This document shows, in pieces, positions 11,101-17,727 of a DNA stretch of 43,787 nt (positions are counted from its first letter, which is position 1; the number at the start of each line of letters is the position of its first letter). Origin of the DNA: a virus. Its lineage: Duplodnaviria; Caudoviricetes. The notes below the pieces were generated by a model. It saw nothing but the letters and a program-made list of their open reading frames with translations. It did not search any database and was not told the DNA's origin. The position numbers and the translations under genes were made by a program. Location: the IMG/VR virus record IMGVR_UViG_3300032216_000777, positions 1 to 43,787 of that record. The stretch is one strand, 5' to 3'.

Positions 11101-12535
11101 GGCAAAGCATGTGGTCGGTGATGCTGGAATGGCGCAGTCCATGGCGTTGAGTTTGATTGCACCTAACCCTGTTGTTGCCAACACTTTAAGGATTTTCGCT
11201 GGCACAGTTGACGCTGGAAGCGCCGGATCAAGTCAAGACATTAACAGCGGCCCATTGAGCAAAGTCACTTCGTCATTCGTTGCTGCTGAAAACATGGCAA
11301 TCGTCAACGTGTTGGACAACGAACAGCGCAATGTCATTGAGAAAGCCAAGCAAGAAACTGCACAGGCACTCAAGTCTTACAAGCAAGGCAGTTTTACGGC
11401 AGACAAAGACAAAAGCAGTTTTCAATACTTCATGGACTTGGGCGGCACACCTGCTGGGTGGACTGCACTTCTGACTTTGAAAAAGATGATGGAGATTGTT
11501 GACCCAGAACCAAAGAACAAGGGCAAGTACCAAGAGTTTCGTGACAAGGTAAACGCTCAAGCAACTGCCATCATGGGACAAAAGATGTTTCTTTCCGGTG
11601 GCTCACCGTTTAGCGTTCAGGTCGGTCGAGCAGACCCAGAGATCCACCAGTATTGGCAAGACCTTTTGGCAAAGAAGGGCTCTATCATTGACGCTCTGCC
11701 AGAGATGTACAAGAAGTACCCATGGGCTACCGCCGAAACCTTGTTTACTACTCAAGCCACAAACGCTGGTTTGACCGGAGTGAAGTCAGCTTCAGGCGTG
11801 TCCTACCCAACGACTAAGGGCGTGGGGCGATGGATGCTTGACCATTCCCAAGACATTCACAACTACTCGTCAGCAATGCGATGGGTGTTGCCATCAGAGT
11901 TTGAGCCAAAGCCAGGCGTTCAAGGCAACGACCAGATGGCGCACATGCTCCAAGTCTCATGGGGGCTCCGCACACAAAAGGCCCCGGCAGGGTTTATCCA
12001 GACTTATCAGGACAGCTTGTTTAACCAGTTTGTCTATGGAGTCTTGCAGCCATGGGGCAAGCGACTTATTAAAAATGGTGGGTTTACCGTCACCGATGTT
12101 AACAATCTTTTGCTGCACAATAAGACGACATGGCGCAACGGCAACAAGCCATTGGAGAACTACTCGCTGCTTGAGCAGTTCGGCAAGCACTACGCACCGT
12201 TGGCCTTTGACGATTACATCAGCGCCCAAGGTGCAACAAACCGCAATGACGCTATGACTGAACTCATCAAAGCAACCAACGATCCGGCAATGGTCAAGAA
12301 GTATCCGACCTTTGGCGTTATTAAGAAAATCTTATTGCCAGATGCAGAAGTCCTGAACAAAACTTTGTCAAACATTCAGCCTGGCGCTACATGGGGGGAT
12401 ACTGACATACCCTACCGAGACGGACTTGCAGAAGCATGGCAGGGTAGAATGGATGAAGTGGAAGCACAATACCCACAGCTCAAGGCTGTTGTCACCCAGT
12501 TGTTCCGCCCACTAGCCCCGGTGTTCACAAACTGA
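5150..12535 (+). CDS. Giant internal virion (ejection) protein with ADP-ribosyltransferase-like domain
   Basis: 2461-aa uninterrupted, mostly helical Ala-rich ORF in the structural block; hydrophobic segments; PFYFAENQAWRR motif; internal LYHGT...GFYFS...GGESII. Confidence 0.75.
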   Translation: MADTGAVGFQGVQGPATTPTAKPTRQPKPVKGPAPFQGPIGLSDVIDQSPADGFALPPTTLTHPNGHNVHDPYALDQNLVRPAGTTAPISAAPSALNTGFAPMDSQFATPFNQQGIKPPEGTAPTDPRFGVTQEQIQSMQATQRAMQIVKIAPNLGRHPDIVAALAYNTAIPFTPETIKLVGAITKARSAMNYAKDFTMEDFNKTARIVEPQAFATNGFWDRLGQGLGKEADIINKPFTMGPGWVQFVTQHFGPLAPYYDTMDSLKIGGKILSPVGGAIEASVKPKKVELPDGITAKALPEGGVEYFNAEGKKLSLTEANDLETKIAGNQLSRATSGGSDIAAVAGAPGSVVINPPKIIKSVGQFLADQFDTPEHMYRYIASVQHKYGFGYAALALAPMVLGAVAGTALGGLGGAEGAELSAAAEEALINLVAREGLPDLAAANLSGQALNDAMQIAETETTRIATAQSAAGTAEKIATPFAKAAMAIPRGISKVATSPTALGADIGFTAGGQGLFRQEYMDSRDGTVWAKKNPKLASTLGRWATEWMPEGGWKTGLSGAIDAAAMVAVPDAIGAIGRVVGIARSAEGFRGGILSAKYSPEETAARQEARAFKYQEQINAAFINGTLDEFLAKELGIKGKIRRSPAWFGNVYDKQVAGRADRYYTTIGGKYRTGTAMTNIDRAYNESPSVRSTVNLIAQLGSADAIISVDPRFAAYADLLAEARVLNADGTVNMTDSVENVKRVFRDSQTAEALMDTSRVMPIGYIPYVGGKARGKIASTIKIVDPNGITRELPAYTDFKELKIENRKFTAGDRNSLPAISSWITFAYGRGVAEQVVNELAKTTDPQVWENVLVNTMTEVNYQMLVGKLVESDLPQIVIDETIKGVKQTVSKTLREIFNFGGPGSKGHYGIGVNGGTQKTITGKEAFGEYYQPVDLSRVQSHIEEITQDLLDHAILSQASKYGMTKEELAATGETLYHGTVADFEGPFDPTKAASGDWRSGAGAKNGGFYFSKDQKIAKGFAKNRRGATGKVITTKVYGKTIDLVPPKIVNRSIDGDFKIDQAWFDGLPNHVQKWLEKRFLTGKRIDVLRERMTDAQIIAEEMQGYGLRYAHETDPQFAKLLQESADKGYGKIRVPDNPDVTGGESIIAHPDFIAHERSSIPNNVMNLEPGNPLVGANQPFTNVEDEAGNSMAAGIVPSDVGKMLLPSYQQMDRISEGLVEILRERFKDVVDTAPKIAELEGKILELQMSLPNISDPAKLAQAQKNIAKTTAQLNIQKQIAALPLDAKKFDETWLQRTASTVGPGALHDTIDHYYNGLWFKSLALLTGGWATRTGMSEAALNIMRQGPLNYSAAKLAASTARQERAVLHIGKKFTREAAQDIAARIYHVVKENEMLRNGQVFESNLEMEAAVANVHRVANETFTNLALTKEEIMKAVADEERNMRGYTMDNAVARYRGTMIGLKRAAVKGLGKDELLDAAIKLMYLNDGHMVSPMLNATHAGVAQDMQVSGTTSEEIDAATYERPLVGSNRGLQEGHLSRIYHSVAGTRARFASDLFYRSHRMVGDEVYHQTIQAYAKVYEQAKLKFVNQAGMSEEEASIAAANEASMQIFNETRDLLDNLPADVRAALIRTRRPLAKDNPLRARNNPDYYKNGDKTDEFLLTPEEEASVDHATAVIKSAEGTFRFLDGTINEKLLNAIAGDKLPEDIGRFKKLFMTDASGKKIEEHNFNSVPGPELDHAKYNVVEKALNATVGKASGFFHRKALGPIVNRLTRDPIYIVDFAAERRLLEPMVKDGQLTRDQADVLAQSRASANAMRYIHNPKNKLKFENMMRAWAPFYFAENQAWRRLGRLALTNPGAAEQYTKLMYAAQDALYQRDQNTNNMSIPIPGTTWLNKWILTPVISTLLTLKTWKFEPTIGTDQGLEFNPSSARSLFPWVTEGGGKPGIGSLLSSFIPAFGPFVTIPAGLYVQRAAGTIPLADEFLAKHVVGDAGMAQSMALSLIAPNPVVANTLRIFAGTVDAGSAGSSQDINSGPLSKVTSSFVAAENMAIVNVLDNEQRNVIEKAKQETAQALKSYKQGSFTADKDKSSFQYFMDLGGTPAGWTALLTLKKMMEIVDPEPKNKGKYQEFRDKVNAQATAIMGQKMFLSGGSPFSVQVGRADPEIHQYWQDLLAKKGSIIDALPEMYKKYPWATAETLFTTQATNAGLTGVKSASGVSYPTTKGVGRWMLDHSQDIHNYSSAMRWVLPSEFEPKPGVQGNDQMAHMLQVSWGLRTQKAPAGFIQTYQDSLFNQFVYGVLQPWGKRLIKNGGFTVTDVNNLLLHNKTTWRNGNKPLENYSLLEQFGKHYAPLAFDDYISAQGATNRNDAMTELIKATNDPAMVKKYPTFGVIKKILLPDAEVLNKTLSNIQPGATWGDTDIPYRDGLAEAWQGRMDEVEAQYPQLKAVVTQLFRPLAPVFTN

Positions 12536-12536
12536 C

Positions 12537-13130
12537 ATGACTGAAAACGAAACCAAAGAAACAGACACCAAGGCCCACGAGTCGGCAGAGCCATCTCCAC
12601 TTGAGGCGGAAGAACAGAAGTCTCCCAAGGCCATCGCAGACGATTACATGATTCCCATGTCTGATAGTGCGCTTAAAGAGTGGAAAGACAAAGAAGGCTT
12701 TGCAGAGTACGCATCTATGGTGGCCCAAGGTCTTTACCCGCCACTCGCCAAGCAAATCTCCGCAGGATTGACAACCAAGATTCTGCTCGACCCCTACGTT
12801 CAGATTGCCAAGAAAACCCTTGGGGAAGATACCGAACCAAACTGGGACGACCCTATGTGGCAGGCAGCCCTTGATGGCGGAGATAAGAAGTCAGGCAGGC
12901 CGACCCTAATGAGCCTTAAAGACTGGGAGACTTACCTCAAGACCACTCCCGGCACCGGATACGAGAACACCGACCAAGCCAAACAACAGGCACAGGATTT
13001 CGTTGACCACGGCAACTCTGGCACCGACACTTGGGACGGATCGGCGGAACAAGCAGAGGCCCCCGGCGCACCTGAGCAGGCTCCTGAAATGGGCGCACCT
13101 GAAATGCAGGCTCCTGAAGGGATGATGTAA
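12537..13130 (+). CDS. Putative internal virion protein
   Basis: Operonic position; PTLMSLKDWETYLK...YENTDQAKQQA; C-terminal APE repeats. Confidence 0.6.
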   Translation: MTENETKETDTKAHESAEPSPLEAEEQKSPKAIADDYMIPMSDSALKEWKDKEGFAEYASMVAQGLYPPLAKQISAGLTTKILLDPYVQIAKKTLGEDTEPNWDDPMWQAALDGGDKKSGRPTLMSLKDWETYLKTTPGTGYENTDQAKQQAQDFVDHGNSGTDTWDGSAEQAEAPGAPEQAPEMGAPEMQAPEGMM

Positions 13131-14413
13131 TGGGGTTCACACCAGCAAAAGCAGGTTCGGCAAACGCAAGCGACAAACCCATCACCCTTTACAGCACCAA
13201 GCCAGCGCCCAACAGTGTTGACTCTTTGCTTGCACAAGTTTTTGGCGCAGGCAACGAAAAACAAAAACCTTCTTTTTACAAAGCAATTATTGAAGCAGGG
13301 CTGACAGGTTCACAAATTGAAGCGCTTCGACAAGCACTTAAGTACAGCGGTTTTTCAACCAAAAGCACAAAGCCTGGCATTGCTGGGTTGGGACAACTTG
13401 CTAGCCAATTTGGAAAATTAGTTGGAGTTTACAATGGCGCTCAATCTGCGTTTCCAACAGGCCAAGTCCCATCTCTCGGTCTTTACGCTGACCAACTGCG
13501 AGCATTAGGTGGTGACCTCAACAACCAGATGACGGTTGCCCAAGTGGAAGCAGCCGCAGCAAAAGCAGCTCGTCAGCAATCCAGTGTGGACATCATCAGT
13601 GAGCACCTTGCCAACATGGGGTTCACTGATGCACAACTCAAGCAACTTGCACCATTTGTTGCAAGCCAAGTTCATTCCGGCATGACGCAAACGGCAGTCT
13701 ACGCAAACCTCCGCCAGACTCCGCAGTATGCCCAGCGATTTCCCGGCAACGCTCAGCGCATCAAGCAAGGACTCCCAGCATTCAACGAGTCACAATACGT
13801 TGCTTACGAGGACAGGACACGGGAGATTGCCCGATCCTACGGACTCCCAAGCGCAGCCCTAACCCCACAGGTCATCGGTAACATGATTGCCAACGGAGTC
13901 AGCCCGACTGAGTTTGAGAACCGAGTTACCGCAGGCTACGACGCTATGAAGAAGGCCGACCCTCAAACCCTTCACGCACTTCAGACCTACTACAACCTGA
14001 ATCCCGGCGACATTGTTCACTACATCATTGACCCCAAGAACGGCGCAGCAGCCCTAGACCGCAAAGTAACTGCCGCCAAGATTGGTGGAGATGTCCAAGC
14101 AGCGGGACTCCAAAGCATTACTCGCCAGCAAGCCGAAGAGTTTGCCAAGTTCCAAGCAAGCAAGGGTGTCAACGTCGCCCAAGGTATCCAGCAGGCCGGA
14201 CAACTCAAGGGACTCACAGGAACCGCACCTGGTCAGGCTCGACAAGGACTTACTCAAGACCAACTTCTCCAAGGTGCAGTAGGAACTAGCACCGCAGCCC
14301 AGCAGACCCTTGCCGGCGCACAAGAAGCACAGGCCGCCCCACTCAAAGCAGGTGGTGGAGATGTCGCCAACCAAAAGGGTGTCATCGGCGCAGGGTACGC
14401 CGCAACAGAATAA
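13130..14413 (+). CDS. Putative internal virion (ejection) protein
   Basis: TAATG-coupled; helical Ala/Gln-rich; LRQTPQYAQRFPGN...VSPTEFENRV. Confidence 0.6.
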   Translation: MGFTPAKAGSANASDKPITLYSTKPAPNSVDSLLAQVFGAGNEKQKPSFYKAIIEAGLTGSQIEALRQALKYSGFSTKSTKPGIAGLGQLASQFGKLVGVYNGAQSAFPTGQVPSLGLYADQLRALGGDLNNQMTVAQVEAAAAKAARQQSSVDIISEHLANMGFTDAQLKQLAPFVASQVHSGMTQTAVYANLRQTPQYAQRFPGNAQRIKQGLPAFNESQYVAYEDRTREIARSYGLPSAALTPQVIGNMIANGVSPTEFENRVTAGYDAMKKADPQTLHALQTYYNLNPGDIVHYIIDPKNGAAALDRKVTAAKIGGDVQAAGLQSITRQQAEEFAKFQASKGVNVAQGIQQAGQLKGLTGTAPGQARQGLTQDQLLQGAVGTSTAAQQTLAGAQEAQAAPLKAGGGDVANQKGVIGAGYAATE

Positions 14414-14438
14414 CCGAACACACGTTTGCTTATTGGTG

Positions 14439-14444
14439 TACACT
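14439..14444 (+). promoter_or_regulatory. Putative -10 element (TACACT) for scaffold/capsid transcript
   Basis: TANNNT box at the start of the only long intergenic gap in the structural block; no canonical -35. Confidence 0.4.
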
Positions 14445-14474
14445 AAGTAGTGAAGCGTGAGCTGTCCGCCTGCC

Positions 14475-14584
14475 GGTGGAGATGGCCGTTTCAATCCTGT
14501 AGGGGAAGGCACAAACCCTGCGGCGTAAACGTGCGTAGATCTCCGCTGTGACACCTCCTGTCATAGTGCGTATTGGAAATGGAG
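14475..14584 (+). ncRNA. Candidate structured 5' leader RNA of scaffold gene
   Basis: Nested stems GGTGGAGAT/ATCTCCGCT, CGTTT/AAACG, CTGTAGGG/CCCTGCGG; 10-bp hairpin 14544-14568 with CCTCC loop. Confidence 0.5.
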
Positions 14585-14592
14585 CGATTGCC

Positions 14593-15069
14593 ATGTCAGA
14601 TGATTTTTACGAAGATGACACCGAACCTGAAGTTCTCGATGAGAACATCCGCAAGGAACTTCGCAAGGCTAAAGATGCCAAGCGGGAACTAGCAGATGCT
14701 CAAGCAGAACTCCAAGCGATGAAACGAGAAGTAGCCTTCACCAAGGCAGGTATTCCAGAGACAGGGCCAGGTGCTCTACTTCGGAAGGCTTGGGACGGAG
14801 ACACCGATCCAGATGCGATCCGCAGGGCCGCAGAGGAATACGGAATCTTCCAACAGGCACCAGCCCAACAGGAAGCCGACTACTCGAATGAACTCGCTGG
14901 ACTCGCAAGAGCTCAAGGTGCGACAAGTGGTACAGGAGTTGGAGCCGGGTTATCCCAAGGCGACAAGTTCTTCTCCGCTTTAAACGGTGCAACTACGCAA
15001 GATGAGATGATGGCAGTCCTTCGCCAGTTTAGTGAAGCCGGTCTTGGCTTTACGACTGGGAATAACTAA
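14593..15069 (+). CDS. Capsid scaffolding protein
   Basis: Acidic N-terminus then coiled coil, immediately upstream of major capsid gene; GGAG at 14581-14584 supports ATG 14593. Confidence 0.75.
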   Translation: MSDDFYEDDTEPEVLDENIRKELRKAKDAKRELADAQAELQAMKREVAFTKAGIPETGPGALLRKAWDGDTDPDAIRRAAEEYGIFQQAPAQQEADYSNELAGLARAQGATSGTGVGAGLSQGDKFFSALNGATTQDEMMAVLRQFSEAGLGFTTGNN

Positions 15070-15094
15070 CCCTTCAAACTCTTAGGAGCACAAA

Positions 15095-16378
15095 ATGGCC
15101 ACTGGCCCTAACGGAAACCTCGCAACCTCAACGAACGGCACGACCTACGTTCAGGCTGCATACGACCGGATGGCGTACTTTGCCCTCCGTCCTGAACTCA
15201 TCTTTGACCAGCTCGCAGATGTCAAGTCTGTCAACCAGTCAATGCCAGGTTCGTCAGTTACGTTCACCATCCAGAACGACCTTCTTGCAGCAGTCACCCC
15301 GCTGTCAGAAGGTACGGACATCACGACGCAAACCCTCAGCAACTCACAGATCACTGTGGCCCTTGCTGAATACGGTTCAGCCGTGACGACCACCGCCGTT
15401 CTTCGTGGTGAGGCATACGTCGAGATTGACCCAATCGTTGCAAACGTCATCGGTTACAACGCCGGTGTCAGCATTGACTCGGTTGCTCGTAACGCCATCG
15501 GTCAAGGAACGCAATGGAAGACCCCTTCCGGCGCAGCCCTTGGAACCACCAAGGCCGCAACCATCGCTAACGTGGCTGCAGTCAACGGTGGCTCAACTGT
15601 TGTCGCTGGATACAACGACATTCTTGCAGCGCAGAAGGCATTGCGCGCACAGAACGTTGCTCCGTTCGGTTCGTACTACGCAGCAATCATCCACCCGGAC
15701 GTTGCCTACGACCTTCAGACGAACAACACTTACCTTGCACCTCACCAGTACGCTCAGCCTGCTGAGATCTGGGCCGGTGAAATCGGCGCCCTCAACGGCT
15801 TCCGCTTCATTGAGACCCCTCGTGCAGAGGTCTTTGGTTCCCCGAACGACGACAACCTGATTCCGTTGACCCTTTCAACGGCAATCTCGGCTGGCACCGT
15901 CACGAGCATCGTTCTCGCTGCTCCTGGCATCTCGTCAACGAACCCACTGAACCTTGCAGTCGGCACGAAGATCAAGCTGACTGACTCGGCCAACGGTAAC
16001 ACCTTCACCTTCAACGTGGCAACGGCTCAGGCCGCTACCTCGACGCCAGTGACGGTTGCTGTGACTTCGGCTACCTCGCCTGCCTTCGCAACGGCTACCA
16101 CTTCGGTTGTGGTTGTCTCAAGCGGAACCGGCACCGACAGCCCGGTCTACACGACCTACTTCATGGGTCGTCAGTCCTTGGCTAAGGTTCACTCCATCGT
16201 TGATGGCAACGGCCCTGTGCCAAAGATCATCCCCGGCCCAATCACGGACACCCTCCGTCGTTACGTGCCGCTGGGTTGGTACTGGCTCGGTGGCTACTCG
16301 GTGTTCCGTCAGCCAGCAGTCATGCAGTACTTCACGCAGTCCAGCCTCAGCAACATTGACCCGGCTATCGACGCCTGA
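15095..16378 (+). CDS. Major capsid protein (HK97 fold, N4 gp56-like)
   Basis: ALRPELIFDQLAD, PLSEG, LAEYG, YAAIIHPDVAYDL, GEIGALNGFRFIETP, DTLRRYVPLGWY; AGGAG SD; biased codon use. Confidence 0.9.
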   Translation: MATGPNGNLATSTNGTTYVQAAYDRMAYFALRPELIFDQLADVKSVNQSMPGSSVTFTIQNDLLAAVTPLSEGTDITTQTLSNSQITVALAEYGSAVTTTAVLRGEAYVEIDPIVANVIGYNAGVSIDSVARNAIGQGTQWKTPSGAALGTTKAATIANVAAVNGGSTVVAGYNDILAAQKALRAQNVAPFGSYYAAIIHPDVAYDLQTNNTYLAPHQYAQPAEIWAGEIGALNGFRFIETPRAEVFGSPNDDNLIPLTLSTAISAGTVTSIVLAAPGISSTNPLNLAVGTKIKLTDSANGNTFTFNVATAQAATSTPVTVAVTSATSPAFATATTSVVVVSSGTGTDSPVYTTYFMGRQSLAKVHSIVDGNGPVPKIIPGPITDTLRRYVPLGWYWLGGYSVFRQPAVMQYFTQSSLSNIDPAIDA

Positions 16379-16412
16379 TCTGCTGAACTGAACTGACTGA
16401 AAGGACAAGGAC

Positions 16413-16568
16413 ATGGCCCAACACCAAGTACGCAAGTGTGGACACTGTGGAGGAATGGATGTGATGGTGAACGTTCACCAAATCCAATGCCACAAGTGCG
16501 GTAAGACCACCTGGTACGGAAGTGGCAAGCCTGTCCTTGACCTCTCAGAACTCGTGGAAGGTAACTAG
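16413..16568 (+). CDS. Small zinc-ribbon protein (51 aa, not in ORF track)
   Basis: Manual translation MAQHQVRKCGHCGGMDVMVNVHQIQCHKCGKTTWYG...; two CxxC pairs; AAGGA SD; stop abuts next ATG. Confidence 0.7.
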   Translation: MAQHQVRKCGHCGGMDVMVNVHQIQCHKCGKTTWYGSGKPVLDLSELVEGN

Positions 16569-16853
16569 ATGCCTCTCTCTTATGATGGAACTGGCCGCAC
16601 CGTTTCGCTTGAAGAAGCAATGGGCGACCCCGGTACTCCGCTTGCAGGCACTCGTGCTGACCGAGCTGATGCCAACTACCGCAACGCTTGGATCAAGGAC
16701 AACAACCCTTCATGGTACGCAGGCGATGGTCTTGTCAACATGAAGTTTGAAAACGCTCAAGTGCCTCTGGCCGAGCGTGACCCGAAGATTGACAATAACG
16801 TTTGTGAGACTTCCGGCGACGGAAATGTCTATGTACGGAAGTTGCCACTGTGA
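16569..16853 (+). CDS. Hypothetical protein
   Basis: 94-aa ORF tightly packed in post-capsid operon. Confidence 0.65.
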   Translation: MPLSYDGTGRTVSLEEAMGDPGTPLAGTRADRADANYRNAWIKDNNPSWYAGDGLVNMKFENAQVPLAERDPKIDNNVCETSGDGNVYVRKLPL

Positions 16854-17113
16854 AAGACACCTCACGAGCCAGCGATGGCGCAGCCGTAGGTTCCGAGTTC
16901 CTGCTTGGAACCGTCGGACACCACATTGACCCACTGGACGCAGGAAGTTCCTCGGCTCCGTTCCGTGGCTTCTCCGGCGACACGACTCGCACCTCGGCCC
17001 ACGGCCCTGTTGCAGTCCCTAGCAACGACGTTCTCTCTGCTGTGCGGACTCACGACTTGCCTGACAAGCCGGGATACCCACACTCATTCCACACCTACCA
17101 AGGCGGTAACTGA
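16850..17113 (+). CDS. Hypothetical protein
   Basis: GTGA overlap upstream, TGATG overlap downstream. Confidence 0.6.
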   Translation: MKDTSRASDGAAVGSEFLLGTVGHHIDPLDAGSSSAPFRGFSGDTTRTSAHGPVAVPSNDVLSAVRTHDLPDKPGYPHSFHTYQGGN

Positions 17114-17337
17114 TGATTGGGAATCGCTTTAGCACCGACGACACTTCAGGCGTTGAGGACATTGGCATGGACATCGTGTTCATCAACCCAACTGCCATGA
17201 ACGACGCTATCTCCGGTGGGCGCACCTACTTCACGATGGGCGCAGGCGGCGCAGTTGAACAGGCTCCTGCCACCGTTCTGTCGGAGACCCGTGGTGCTAT
17301 TGACCACGAAGCCATGGAGCGCATGAGGGGTCGCTAA
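17113..17337 (+). CDS. Hypothetical protein
   Basis: 74-aa ORF coupled on both sides. Confidence 0.6.
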   Translation: MIGNRFSTDDTSGVEDIGMDIVFINPTAMNDAISGGRTYFTMGAGGAVEQAPATVLSETRGAIDHEAMERMRGR

Positions 17338-17727
17338 ATGGCGATCACCTATACTTTCACTCCACCAGTAGCCAACATCGTTCCGCCATTTTTGCCGGAA
17401 ACACGAGGGCTTCAATACCTGCTGTTTCGGTACATGCCTACCCGCCAACGTGGAGTCAACGTCTACTGCCTCTCAGACGGTACGTTCGCTCAGGACTACC
17501 CAACCCCTGAAAACCAAAACACCAACTTCCCTCTGCCGTACAACCCGACAGAACCCAACGCTCCCTACGTTCAGTGGAACGACATCAAGGGCAACCTCTA
17601 TTCCAAGACCCTGCCAGTCCGCATCGAGAACATCTTTCTTGGCGGCCATGTCTACGAGATTGACGAGAGCATGGCAACTAAACTGTCTGATGCAGGCTAC
17701 GGCGACAGGATTGTGGCGAACACATGA
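17338..17727 (+). CDS. Hypothetical virion protein (possible tail appendage adaptor)
   Basis: YTFTPP...LLFRY...FLGGHVYEI...LSDAGYG; precedes fibre genes. Confidence 0.65.
   Translation: MAITYTFTPPVANIVPPFLPETRGLQYLLFRYMPTRQRGVNVYCLSDGTFAQDYPTPENQNTNFPLPYNPTEPNAPYVQWNDIKGNLYSKTLPVRIENIFLGGHVYEIDESMATKLSDAGYGDRIVANT

Noticed and set aside
5150-12535. Virion RNA polymerase or tape measure protein
   Set aside because: No DxDGD or T7-type polymerase motifs recognised; no siphovirus tail tube or chaperone genes, and neighbours are podovirus-like
13060-13125. Short tandem repeat (GCACCTGA/GCTCCTGA)
   Set aside because: Encodes a low-complexity APE tail; no sign of a separate function
14497-14525. 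Known riboswitch such as c-di-GMP-I
   Set aside because: Conserved aptamer nucleotides and GNRA/receptor arrangement not found by eye
16376-16412. Programmed readthrough or frameshift after capsid gene (CTGAA/CTGA repeats)
   Set aside because: No slippery heptamer, another in-frame TGA follows within a few codons, and the next ORF has its own SD
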